Positions 16,568 to 25,111 of a DNA stretch of 32,384 bases are shown one piece after another. The notes beneath the pieces are model-generated. The model did no database searches. It was not told the origin of the DNA and saw only the letters and a program-made list of their open reading frames with translations. Position 1 is the first letter of the stretch. Each line of letters starts with the position of its first letter. Position numbers and translations under genes: made by a program. This DNA is from a virus. Its lineage: Duplodnaviria > Caudoviricetes. The stretch lies in IMG/VR virus record IMGVR_UViG_3300005805_000279, positions 1-32,384 of that record. One strand, written 5' to 3'.

Positions 16568-18616
16568 TTAGACCTGCGAAACGCTTAAAATAACGCTTGG
16601 AACTTCTGGTCGGTCTGGACTGCTGGCGCTTGGATAGGTAATCAACTCAACATCGGTGTCGCTTGTTCGCCACATTATTTCAGCATAACTTCCACTTGGA
16701 AATGTTCTCACCCAATTCCACGCTGCTACGCTGCTTGCGTTATTGCCTTGGATGAAAACTTCTGTGTTGCTGCGTGGAACATTACTTCCGCTTTCACGCA
16801 ACCAAATGTCTATTTCAGCAGACGAAGCGTTTGTTTTTGTTATTTGTGAGGAGAACTGGATGTTGTAGGTTCCATCATAAGCAAATGTTATGCGACTTCC
16901 GCTTACAATAGAAATTCCTATGGCTTCCTCTGTTGTATCAAAAGTCATAGGATAGGCAGCGGTGGTTGCGCTTGCTGTTTGTGTTGTTAGGTCGCAAGCA
17001 GCAAGATAAGGTCTAACTATGCGGTTGCCCCAACCAATAAAGTTGCTGCTGCTTATCTCGCTGCCCGTTATTGCGGGTGAGATAATGTTGCTGCTTGCGG
17101 TTATTACGCTGGCTGTTAGGTTAGTAAAATAACCATTATCATAAGTTAGGCTGCTGCCGCTTATGTTAGAACCTGTTAGTGTAGTAAAGTTTCCATTACC
17201 ATAAGTTAGGTTGCTGCCGCTTGCGTTAGAAGCAGTGAGGTTAGTTATTGTGCCGTTTGTGTAGGTAAGGTTTGTGCCGCCAAGTGTAGTTATTTGTCCG
17301 TTGCTTGCTGTTAGTTGGTTGCCTATTAGTTGGCTTGCGCTTACAGCACTACTGGCTGTTAGGCTTGTAATAGAAACATTTTGGTTTAGTGAGAACTGAC
17401 GAGCGCAATTATCCACAACAAGAGTAGCCACGCCAGCATAATTGCCAAAAGAAGCCGTTGCTGGTGTGTATGATGCTGTGTAAAGGGCAACATCACTAAA
17501 ACGCATTTCATCATAAAAACCTTCGGCACTACCAAAGAACGGAGCCATGTCGCTGGTGTAGCCAAGAATAAGCGTGTTTGCTCCGCTTCCCAAGTTTAGT
17601 AGCGGAGTTGTGTAAACAAGTGTGCCATCAACAAATAAACGAATAGTGCTGCCGCTACGGCAAATAGCAATAGCCTGCCACACACCAGCAGTTAGAAAAA
17701 CGCCAGTAGCAACCGCCCCGCCAGTTAAACCAAAATGTAATTCTCCTAAATACATCCATAGCGATAAGTTAGGGGAGGTTGGACCTGCTATTTGTGCTAA
17801 ACCTTGAAAGCCAAAAGTTGTTGTGTAGGTGGGTTTTACCCAAAACTCAAATGTAAAATCACCAGTAAGCCCATCAGCATTTTGAAAGTAAGGCGTTCCT
17901 AACGCACCAGTTGCGGCAAGCGTTTGAACTTGTAAACCATTGTTGCCACCAACATTGCCGATAGAACCCATAGAACCGCTGCCAAACTTGCTTTGTGTGC
18001 CATCAAAGCCAATGCCAACACCTGTGTAATAACCTATGCCACCATAAACACCAACCATCCCGCTATCATTTGTAAATGTTGGAGCACTATCAAAATGTCC
18101 AAGGACTATTGTGTTTGGGTTGCCGCCAACAATAACAATTTGCTGTGGGATCTGGATTGTTAGGTTGCTGCTGCCTGTTGCTGTAAATTCACAAGGGGCA
18201 CTTGAAGAAATAATAAGTGTGTCGCTGCCGCTTGTTTCTGTGTGAATACAGCAACCTTCTGCGATAATGTTAAATGTGCTACCACTAATGCTGCCTGTTT
18301 GTGCTATTAGTTCTATTGATTGTGGCGGTGGTGGCGATTGGATAATTGTTATTGTGTCTGTAAACGCATTGCTTGCAAATGTAATGCCACCAGCACCTTC
18401 TAAATTAAATCTATTGCTTGTGACGGCAGCAGCACCCTGTGGATCAATTGTTATTGGGGCACCGCTTGTCTCAATAGAATTTACAGCATCAATTATTTCG
18501 CTTTGTGTGTTATTAAGATTATCAATAATGTTATCTAATGCTCTGTTTATTGTAGGAGCATCAACATTAGTTTTATCAAAGCGTATTTTTCCTATGCGTT
18601 TATTGCGGATTGGCAT
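16568..18616 (-). CDS. Tail fibre/receptor-binding protein with LamG domain, 20-aa repeats and C1q/BclA-like C-terminus
   Basis: LamG: DFTFEFWVKP...WQAIAICRSGSTIRLFVDG...GFYDEMRFSD; repeats NLTYxNGxxTxLTxSNxSGS; C-terminal MTFDT...DGTYNIQFSSQ. Confidence 0.75.
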   Translation of the reverse strand: MPIRNKRIGKIRFDKTNVDAPTINRALDNIIDNLNNTQSEIIDAVNSIETSGAPITIDPQGAAAVTSNRFNLEGAGGITFASNAFTDTITIIQSPPPPQSIELIAQTGSISGSTFNIIAEGCCIHTETSGSDTLIISSSAPCEFTATGSSNLTIQIPQQIVIVGGNPNTIVLGHFDSAPTFTNDSGMVGVYGGIGYYTGVGIGFDGTQSKFGSGSMGSIGNVGGNNGLQVQTLAATGALGTPYFQNADGLTGDFTFEFWVKPTYTTTFGFQGLAQIAGPTSPNLSLWMYLGELHFGLTGGAVATGVFLTAGVWQAIAICRSGSTIRLFVDGTLVYTTPLLNLGSGANTLILGYTSDMAPFFGSAEGFYDEMRFSDVALYTASYTPATASFGNYAGVATLVVDNCARQFSLNQNVSITSLTASSAVSASQLIGNQLTASNGQITTLGGTNLTYTNGTITNLTASNASGSNLTYGNGNFTTLTGSNISGSSLTYDNGYFTNLTASVITASSNIISPAITGSEISSSNFIGWGNRIVRPYLAACDLTTQTASATTAAYPMTFDTTEEAIGISIVSGSRITFAYDGTYNIQFSSQITKTNASSAEIDIWLRESGSNVPRSNTEVFIQGNNASSVAAWNWVRTFPSGSYAEIMWRTSDTDVELITYPSASSPDRPEVPSVILSVSQV
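17095..17275 (-). repeat. Degenerate 60-bp (20-aa) tandem repeat inside the fibre gene
   Basis: ataagttagg(c/t)tgctgccgctt recurs 60 bp apart (17141, 17201); protein NLTYTNGTITNLTASNASGS / NLTYGNGNFTTLTGSNISGS / SLTYDNGYFTNLTASVITAS. Confidence 0.7.
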
Positions 18617-18631
18617 GTGCTGCTCCTATTT

Positions 18632-19357
18632 TTACCAACCCCAACGACCATAGTTAGAACCCCATCCAGTAGCATCGTGAACGGTTCCATCAGCATAAAC
18701 ATCGCTAACAGTTTGTGGAATACCAGCATCACGGTTTTGACTTTCAGCGGTTATTCTACGAACAAGATCGCTTTTTTGTTTTACAAAGCCATCATACTCG
18801 GTTTCTTCTTTTTGTTTACATTTGATACAAACATCAACAATAACATACTCTAACCAACCGCTAATGCTATCATTTACAGAAATTTCGTCTGTTAGGGCAA
18901 CAAGTTGTGGAGCGTCTGGATAATACCAAACTCTTAGCGTCACGCCACCTGTTGCGGCGGGTGTTAACACTATTTGACGATTACGCACACGATAACGATA
19001 GTTTGTAAAATTGCCGCTTGCTTGTCCTTGAACGCTTAGAGCAGAAGCACGATTACGCTCATTAAAATTAAAAGGTTGTAGGGTTAGATACTTGCCGCCA
19101 ACCTGTAAATCAACACCAGCGATTTTTAAGCAATCTTCTGGAAGAGAACCGCTCATAACTTCGGCACCAGCATTTACATTTACGGTTGTGTTATCTAAAA
19201 AATAATCACCACCCCATGAGTTGATAAGCAAACCATGTAGTTCTTTTAGTGAATAATTTATGTAAGAAGTCATCTCGGTATCTGTGATGAATTCGCTATT
19301 ATTTAAATCGGATCTATTACGAACCTCTAAGATTATGTCGGCTAAGGTGTAGGTCAT
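18632..19357 (-). CDS. Head-tail adaptor (tail tubular protein A-like)
   Basis: MTYTLADIILEVRNRSD...FITDTEMTSYINYSLKELH...LPEDCLKI...LTP...LRVWYY is typical of podovirus adaptors. Start moved to ATG 19357 after RBS agaggag. Confidence 0.8.
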   Translation of the reverse strand: MTYTLADIILEVRNRSDLNNSEFITDTEMTSYINYSLKELHGLLINSWGGDYFLDNTTVNVNAGAEVMSGSLPEDCLKIAGVDLQVGGKYLTLQPFNFNERNRASALSVQGQASGNFTNYRYRVRNRQIVLTPAATGGVTLRVWYYPDAPQLVALTDEISVNDSISGWLEYVIVDVCIKCKQKEETEYDGFVKQKSDLVRRITAESQNRDAGIPQTVSDVYADGTVHDATGWGSNYGRWGW

Positions 19358-19371
19358 GCTATCTCCTCTGT

Positions 19372-19404
19372 AAAAAGGGGCTGGCTGATCGCTCAACCAG
19401 CCCC
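19372..19404 (-). terminator. Intrinsic terminator after the head-accessory genes
   Basis: Minus strand ggggctggttga-gcga-tcagccagcccc followed by ttttt. Confidence 0.75.
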
Positions 19405-19425
19405 CATTATTCTATTGGCGGTGGA

Positions 19426-19893
19426 TTACAGTTTGCCTTCGCGTTTCTTTTTCATGTAAACATTTGACCACAAACCACGCTTTGTTTCTTTGCCTTCTTT
19501 TGTGATGTAGGTGTCGGGATCACCTTTTTTTAATTTTCCACCTTGCGCCATCATGCCTTCCCGCTTCATTTCCATTTCGTCTTCGCTTACCATGCCGCCT
19601 TCCGCATAGCCACACGCTGACATAAAGTTTTCTAACGCACCAGCAAAGGCTTCTTTATCGCCGCTTTTTAGTGCGGACATGACCTCTTCGGCTGCTGCCA
19701 GTTTGGCTTCCTTACTGGCGTCCATGTCCATCTCACTTTCTTCTTCTTCTCCAACATCTTCTGACATGCCCTCTTCTTCTTGTTCTTTTGGACCTTTTAG
19801 TTTAGCAAGGATGCCAATCATGACGCCTTTTTTGCCTTTGCCGCCATCAGCCATCTTTGCCATCCCACCGCCCATCATTTTTTTATCATACAT
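19426..19893 (-). CDS. Small Met-rich acidic/basic protein with xxxGG motifs (probable internal head protein)
   Basis: MADGG, YAEGG and MAQGG; acidic middle; basic tail RGLWSNVYMKKKREGK. Confidence 0.7.
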   Translation of the reverse strand: MYDKKMMGGGMAKMADGGKGKKGVMIGILAKLKGPKEQEEEGMSEDVGEEEESEMDMDASKEAKLAAAEEVMSALKSGDKEAFAGALENFMSACGYAEGGMVSEDEMEMKREGMMAQGGKLKKGDPDTYITKEGKETKRGLWSNVYMKKKREGKL

Positions 19894-19895
19894 TT

Positions 19896-20522
19896 TTATG
19901 TCTCCACTTCTTCGGTTAGTTTAACATCAACCCAATAAGTTTGTGCTGTTCCCGCAGCATTTAAGTCATTTGATAAAATAAAATACTGGCTTGTGCCACG
20001 GAGAACCATTGCTTGACCGCCATCATCACCAAATGTCCACACTTTGGTTTGTAGTGAACCGCTTGCAGCATCTGTAAAGTTTCCAATGTAAATTGGACCT
20101 TTGCTTTGAACACCAGCGGCAGTTGGTTCGCTTGTTGCCACGCCGCTAATTGTGTAAACTTTTGCGGTTGGTGCTTGGGCTGCTTCATGGCTTACAGGAT
20201 CGGTCACTTCAGTCCAAGTTGCGCTACCAGTTGTGCCCGTTGCACTTGCTCTAAAATTCTTATAAAGAGTAAAAGCAGGAGGATCGCTGCTGTAGCCTGT
20301 TAGTTTTATTTCTCTTAGACGCACTGTTTTAGTAGCAGAGCCTTGGATAGCAACATAAGCGCCCTGTAGCGTTGTTAAAACAGCGTTAGTTGTGTAAGAG
20401 AAAGTGCTAACATTTGTGTCAGGTGAACTATTAAATGTGAAGGAGCCATCTGTTCCCAAATGACCATTAACAGTTTTTAGTTGCGCCTGTCCGTCTCTAA
20501 AATTAATTTCTGGAACAGCCAT
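19896..20522 (-). CDS. Virion structural protein (208 aa, Thr/Ser-rich beta protein)
   Basis: Within the head operon; beta-rich composition. Confidence 0.65.
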   Translation of the reverse strand: MAVPEINFRDGQAQLKTVNGHLGTDGSFTFNSSPDTNVSTFSYTTNAVLTTLQGAYVAIQGSATKTVRLREIKLTGYSSDPPAFTLYKNFRASATGTTGSATWTEVTDPVSHEAAQAPTAKVYTISGVATSEPTAAGVQSKGPIYIGNFTDAASGSLQTKVWTFGDDGGQAMVLRGTSQYFILSNDLNAAGTAQTYWVDVKLTEEVET

Positions 20523-20525
20523 AGA

Positions 20526-21725
20526 TTAATCTCCAATCGTAATAGTTGTGCTTGCCTCTACGCTACCAGTTAAGCCAGCAATAATGTTTGGCGACCACTT
20601 AGCACGGATAACACTCTTTTGACCTGTGGTGCCTACTACTGAGACAACACCGTTTGCTGAAACAGAGGCAACGCTTGTGTCGCCTGAAACCCAAGTAATG
20701 CCTTGGGCGCTTGACGAAACAACAGCAACTTCACCGCTGCTTTTAACAGTGCGAACTTTTAATTGCGCTGCTTGATTTGGTGAAGCATTTAGTGAACTGG
20801 ATGGGATTGTAATGTTCCTTGGGAACACTTCTGCGCTTACTGGTAGATAAGGAACAACTGCTAATCTAATAGAACCAGATGAAGCACCAAAGACACCATA
20901 AGAGCAAGAAACGAAACCATTGGATGCTGTTGAGACATAATCCCAAGACGCTAAACTTGCTGCACCGAAACCGCCGCTTATTTGTGGATTGCCTACGCTG
21001 CCTGTGTAAACACCCCAAGCACCACTATCTGGTGAAAGAATTGATAGGATGTCTGTGTTTGATGAAACCCAATTACCGACAGGAGTTGCTGGACCGACTT
21101 GGTTAGGAATAACAGCGCCAACAAGATCGCCTTGTGGCATGTTTAATTGTAGAACACCAGCCTCAAAATCATAAGTCCAGTTTGGATTGCGGTGTTGAGT
21201 AGAGCGATCATAAATTAGATAGGCTGGTTGACCTATTTGAAAGCCTTGTGTTGCGTTAGCATTATAAACAGCAACGATGTCAAGGTTGGTGCTTGCTGTC
21301 ACATAGGAACCCGTGACAGAACCGCTTACAAGATTACCAACGCCTTCATCTGGTTGAACCTGAGCGTTTACATTAAATGTAAAGTAAGGACCGTTTAGCG
21401 GATCGCTGTTTCTATTAAAAACAACGCTTGTGTAATAAGAACCTGTTTCGCCAGCCTCAATAAATTGTGGGTTGACTTGTGGATAGGCACCAGCCGAACC
21501 GCTTGCAAATGAACCTGATGGGGCTAATGAAATGTCGCCAAGTTCAAGACCACTTTGTGGGACTTCACCAGAACCATTAAAGAATAATTTAATGCCAAGC
21601 AGATTTACTCTTTCTGCCCCATGATTTTCTACCTCAATGCGTAAAGGTAGTGGGACATGAGGATAAGCCTCTGCCGCAAGCGTGTTTGGATGCGTTTCTA
21701 TCGCAGAAATGACTAAATCTGCCAT
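20526..21725 (-). CDS. Virion surface protein with Ig-like (Big_2) domain(s)
   Basis: ITWVSGDTSVASVSANGVVSVVG...SVIRAKW Big_2 signature; a second WVSSNTDILSI copy. Confidence 0.75.
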   Translation of the reverse strand: MADLVISAIETHPNTLAAEAYPHVPLPLRIEVENHGAERVNLLGIKLFFNGSGEVPQSGLELGDISLAPSGSFASGSAGAYPQVNPQFIEAGETGSYYTSVVFNRNSDPLNGPYFTFNVNAQVQPDEGVGNLVSGSVTGSYVTASTNLDIVAVYNANATQGFQIGQPAYLIYDRSTQHRNPNWTYDFEAGVLQLNMPQGDLVGAVIPNQVGPATPVGNWVSSNTDILSILSPDSGAWGVYTGSVGNPQISGGFGAASLASWDYVSTASNGFVSCSYGVFGASSGSIRLAVVPYLPVSAEVFPRNITIPSSSLNASPNQAAQLKVRTVKSSGEVAVVSSSAQGITWVSGDTSVASVSANGVVSVVGTTGQKSVIRAKWSPNIIAGLTGSVEASTTITIGD

Positions 21726-21748
21726 GTGTTTTCCTCTCGTTGTAAGAA

Positions 21749-21779
21749 GGGGAGGGATAGTTTTTTTCTATCCCTCCCC
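21749..21779 (-). terminator. Strong hairpin after the decoration gene
   Basis: ggggagggatag-ttttttt-ctatccctcccc, 12-bp perfect stem. Confidence 0.65.
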
Positions 21780-21786
21780 CGTGTTT

Positions 21787-22203
21787 TTAGAACACTGGTG
21801 AAGTTGAAGCAATACCTGTGATTAGTAATTTAGAACCGTTAGGAGGATTTACAGGATCAGCCTCCGTTGAACCGCTTACACGGAACACTTGGAAAGAGAA
21901 ACCAGAAGCAGGTTCGCTGTTGTATGATGTAAATGTTGATAGCACTTGGGATGAGTAAAGATCACCGCTCGCGCTTGCTGCATTTACAACAACGGCTGAT
22001 GGGGCACCAAGGTTTACTTGGGCTGGTAGTTCCCAATAAACATTGTATTTACCAGTTGCCACTTTTTCTATTGAACCAAGTTTAGAAACGCCGTTGGTTG
22101 TGACTTTAGTGACGGCACCAGTTGCGCCAACATTTGCTTCAAGAAATAGGGTGTAAACTTCATTTTTCATGGTCTTTTGAACCATAGTTGCTGTTTGTGA
22201 CAT
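21787..22203 (-). CDS. Capsid decoration/cement protein candidate (138 aa)
   Basis: Immediately after the major capsid gene with the same RBS context (aaaggataaaataa); SIEKVATGKYNVYW beta motif. Confidence 0.6.
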   Translation of the reverse strand: MSQTATMVQKTMKNEVYTLFLEANVGATGAVTKVTTNGVSKLGSIEKVATGKYNVYWELPAQVNLGAPSAVVVNAASASGDLYSSQVLSTFTSYNSEPASGFSFQVFRVSGSTEADPVNPPNGSKLLITGIASTSPVF

Positions 22204-22228
22204 TTTTATTTTATCCTTTTAGGTTAGT

Positions 22229-22351
22229 GTTAGATTTCTTTTTTTCCTTCTAAACAACATTGGTAGTTCTGCTACTATGGACTTGTGAGAGGAGAAAGAA
22301 GGAAGGGAGCCGCAACCGCAGAAAGGGCTACGGCTCCCAACACAATCTAAC
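22229..22351 (-). promoter_or_regulatory. Multi-stem structured RNA between the major capsid and decoration genes
   Basis: P1 22229-22236/22344-22351; P2 13-bp GGGAGCCGUAGCC/GGUUGCGGCUCCC (22305-22338, G-U pairs on minus); P3 22244-22251/22297-22304. Confidence 0.55.
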
Positions 22352-22360
22352 TGCTACAAA

Positions 22361-23596
22361 CTACTGTGATAATAGGACGCGAGCGTTAAAACCTGGAGCC
22401 GAGCAGGCAAGGTTTAGGTATGCTTTAATTCTGCACTCCACGCCATCAAAGTTATCTACGGTGCGTAGAACATTGCCGTATTGGTTTTCATCAAGGAACA
22501 CAACCGCGCCTTCGTTAGCGTGGAAGATGGACCATGTGTCGCTTTGAATAACGAAAGCGGTCTTTGGTGGGCAGTCAGGATCGGCAATAACGGTTGCTTC
22601 GCCACCGCTTGACATAAACTTAAAGCCACTAAAAGAAACTTTCGCACCAGCAGGACCAGCGTCCATAGTGGTGTAAAGAACATTTGAACCAAGGTCTTGT
22701 GCGAGAGCAACATAACTATCGTTGTTTACGATAACAATGTCTGGTTTGCCACCTTCGCGTTGGACGCGGTTGATTGATTTGATGATCGCATCTTTGACGC
22801 TTAGTGAGGAACCATCAATGTAAACACCTGATAAACGAACTTTATCGGTGCTACGATCAACACCAAAGAAGGGGTTGCTGTCTGGAGCAGTGGTTAACCA
22901 TGCTTGTAGACCGCTGATTTGTAGACCTTTGGTGCCGTAGATTACAAGGTGGTCACCGTTGCTCCAACCTGATGGATCGGCTGGTGAACCGCCAAGTGAG
23001 GTAGAAACCTCAAAGGTGCCGCTATCACGATCAATTGAAACAATGTAGCCAACACCAGCACGGAGAACGCCTGTGCTTGGGTTGTAGGCTTGTAGAGCAA
23101 GATTTAGATCAAATTGAACGATGTCTGCTTCTTCGGTTAGTGTCACGGTTCCAGATGAAAGCGCACCGCTGATTACACCGATTGTGCCGCTACCATCGCG
23201 GAATAAACCAGATGAAATCATGTTTGATAGACGAACAACGGCGTTATCTACAACAGCCTTTGCGCCAGTGATGAACGCTTGTTTGCTGTTAGCAGAAGCC
23301 TCTAAGGTAAGACCGCTGATGCGACCTAACGCTAATAGAGTGATTGGGGTGACGGTAAACGCAGGAACATCTGGAGCAGCGAGAGTTGCTTGCGCGGCAG
23401 CAACCGAGGTGCTTGCGCCAGCAGATGGAGAAATGGTTAGAGGTTGAACTGCGCCTTTACCACCCATGCCACCCTTCTTTGGTAGAAGAGCCATGAAAGC
23501 ATGTGATTTTAAAGTTAGATTTTGTAGCGTAAGGGTGTCATACATTTCCTTAAGCATGCCTGAGAAAGACGATTGGTCTATGTTTACAGAAGCCAT
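22361..23596 (-). CDS. Major capsid protein (HK97 fold)
   Basis: 411 aa after the scaffold; SGMLKEMY...LFRDGSG...GLQAW...FFGVDRS...GKPDIVIVN...ADPDCP...YLNLACSAPGFN pattern typical of podovirus coat proteins. Confidence 0.85.
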   Translation of the reverse strand: MASVNIDQSSFSGMLKEMYDTLTLQNLTLKSHAFMALLPKKGGMGGKGAVQPLTISPSAGASTSVAAAQATLAAPDVPAFTVTPITLLALGRISGLTLEASANSKQAFITGAKAVVDNAVVRLSNMISSGLFRDGSGTIGVISGALSSGTVTLTEEADIVQFDLNLALQAYNPSTGVLRAGVGYIVSIDRDSGTFEVSTSLGGSPADPSGWSNGDHLVIYGTKGLQISGLQAWLTTAPDSNPFFGVDRSTDKVRLSGVYIDGSSLSVKDAIIKSINRVQREGGKPDIVIVNNDSYVALAQDLGSNVLYTTMDAGPAGAKVSFSGFKFMSSGGEATVIADPDCPPKTAFVIQSDTWSIFHANEGAVVFLDENQYGNVLRTVDNFDGVECRIKAYLNLACSAPGFNARVLLSQ

Positions 23597-23740
23597 GTTA
23601 TTTTATCCTTTGTTGGGTGCCCAAATAGGGGCAGGTTAAATGTTATTGCTGAGAACTACTACGAACTATGGCTTGTATGCTTGGTGCCCTTACGATTTTT
23701 GCTCTGTTCATTAAATAGAACATAAAAATAGATTGCGCTT

Positions 23741-24706
23741 TTATTTTTTTGCTGCTGCTGCTTTTTCGTATTTTTCTAAAATCTCTAATGCTCGCGCTTC
23801 ACCAAATTTTCGTGCGTCATAGGAGCGATTAGGATCAAAACTTTGTTTTACAGTGTTTAGTTTATTTGTAATTGTAAAATCATTACTTGTTTGTTTTGGT
23901 AATTCTTTTTTGTATTGGTCTATTACTTCACGGTTTACTGGCTTGGTTGGTTCTTCAGCAACCGCAGCCTTTACTGCCTCACCACGATCTGCGACTTGTG
24001 CCGCTTCCGCTGCGGTGGCTGTGCCGTTTGCTAATTTAGCATTAATGCGTCCCCACTCTTCACGAAAGTATTCTTCTATTGTTTCGGCTACTTTTTTGTA
24101 TTCAATAACTTCGCCAGTTTCGGCGTAGTGTTCTTCCATAGCAGTCCAAATCATTTGTTCTGGACTTTCAGCACCGCCAAGTGAAGAATAAAGTTCGCTG
24201 ATGTGTGGTAATGCTTTGCTATTATCTTTTACATAGGTGCTAATTTCGCTTTGCCAACGATCAACCATCGCTGCTTTTTCTTCTTCTAACCGCGCCAGTT
24301 CATAAACTTCTAATTGACGCTTGACTTCTGCTTGAACATCAACTGGACCGCTACGCGCTTTTTCATTAGCATCTAAGATTGCTTCGGTTAGGTCTTCATA
24401 GGTAATGCCTAACTTTTGTAAAACGCCGTGTGGATCGGCTTTATAAATGTCCTTAGCCTTAGTAAAAAATTCTGCTTGCTCGCGGATCTTCTGGAACTCT
24501 TCAGTTATTTTTTCTAATTCTTTTTTACGAGCAACCTCTGCCTTAGCAAATTGCGCTTCACGACGAGCAAGTTCTAATAAGCGTTTGCTATCAGCAGTGG
24601 GTGCTGCGGGTGGCGTTTCGGCAGGTTGTGTTTTAACCTCCGCAACTTGTGCCTCCTCTTTGGGAGTTTCTACTGGTTTGGTTTCAGCGGTTCCTTCGCT
24701 CATCAT
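23741..24706 (-). CDS. Capsid scaffolding protein
   Basis: Acidic Pro/Glu N-terminus and long charged coiled coil; lies between portal and major capsid. Confidence 0.75.
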   Translation of the reverse strand: MMSEGTAETKPVETPKEEAQVAEVKTQPAETPPAAPTADSKRLLELARREAQFAKAEVARKKELEKITEEFQKIREQAEFFTKAKDIYKADPHGVLQKLGITYEDLTEAILDANEKARSGPVDVQAEVKRQLEVYELARLEEEKAAMVDRWQSEISTYVKDNSKALPHISELYSSLGGAESPEQMIWTAMEEHYAETGEVIEYKKVAETIEEYFREEWGRINAKLANGTATAAEAAQVADRGEAVKAAVAEEPTKPVNREVIDQYKKELPKQTSNDFTITNKLNTVKQSFDPNRSYDARKFGEARALEILEKYEKAAAAKK

Positions 24707-25044
24707 TATGCTTTCCCTTTCTTCTTTTTAATAGGCAACGCTTCAATGTGATCGCCGTTGATGCAATTTTCAGTTCCACAAACACGGCGTGTGCGTTGAC
24801 GCTTTTTTAATTTCTTACCACTCGCACGCTCATAAGCATAGCGATGTGCTTTTACTATACCACCTGCTTCATTTGGTTTTTCACCAAAAACAGGTTGATT
24901 AAACCTATCAAATGATGCTAACCAAAAGTGGCATGGTTCTTCCATGCCGTCTACATGTGGTCCATCACGATCAACATAACGCTCAAATCTTTCTGCTGGC
25001 GGGGTTGCTTTTGGTCCGCGCTTACCTTTTCGTTTTTTAGTCAT
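24706..25044 (-). CDS. HNH_3-like Zn-binding protein, probably catalytically degenerate
   Basis: PCHFW...KAHRYAYE...RRVCGTENCINGDHI; the HxC of the active site reads RVC; very basic termini. Confidence 0.7.
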   Translation of the reverse strand: MTKKRKGKRGPKATPPAERFERYVDRDGPHVDGMEEPCHFWLASFDRFNQPVFGEKPNEAGGIVKAHRYAYERASGKKLKKRQRTRRVCGTENCINGDHIEALPIKKKKGKA

Positions 25045-25111
25045 TTACTTATCCTCACTACAATAAGTAGATGCCTCCGCAGAAAAAGAAATAAAATAAT
25101 GCGTTATTATT

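Noticed and set aside
15461-18616. Diversity-generating retroelement targeting the fibres
   Set aside because: No reverse transcriptase and no adenine-mismatched TR/VR pair seen.
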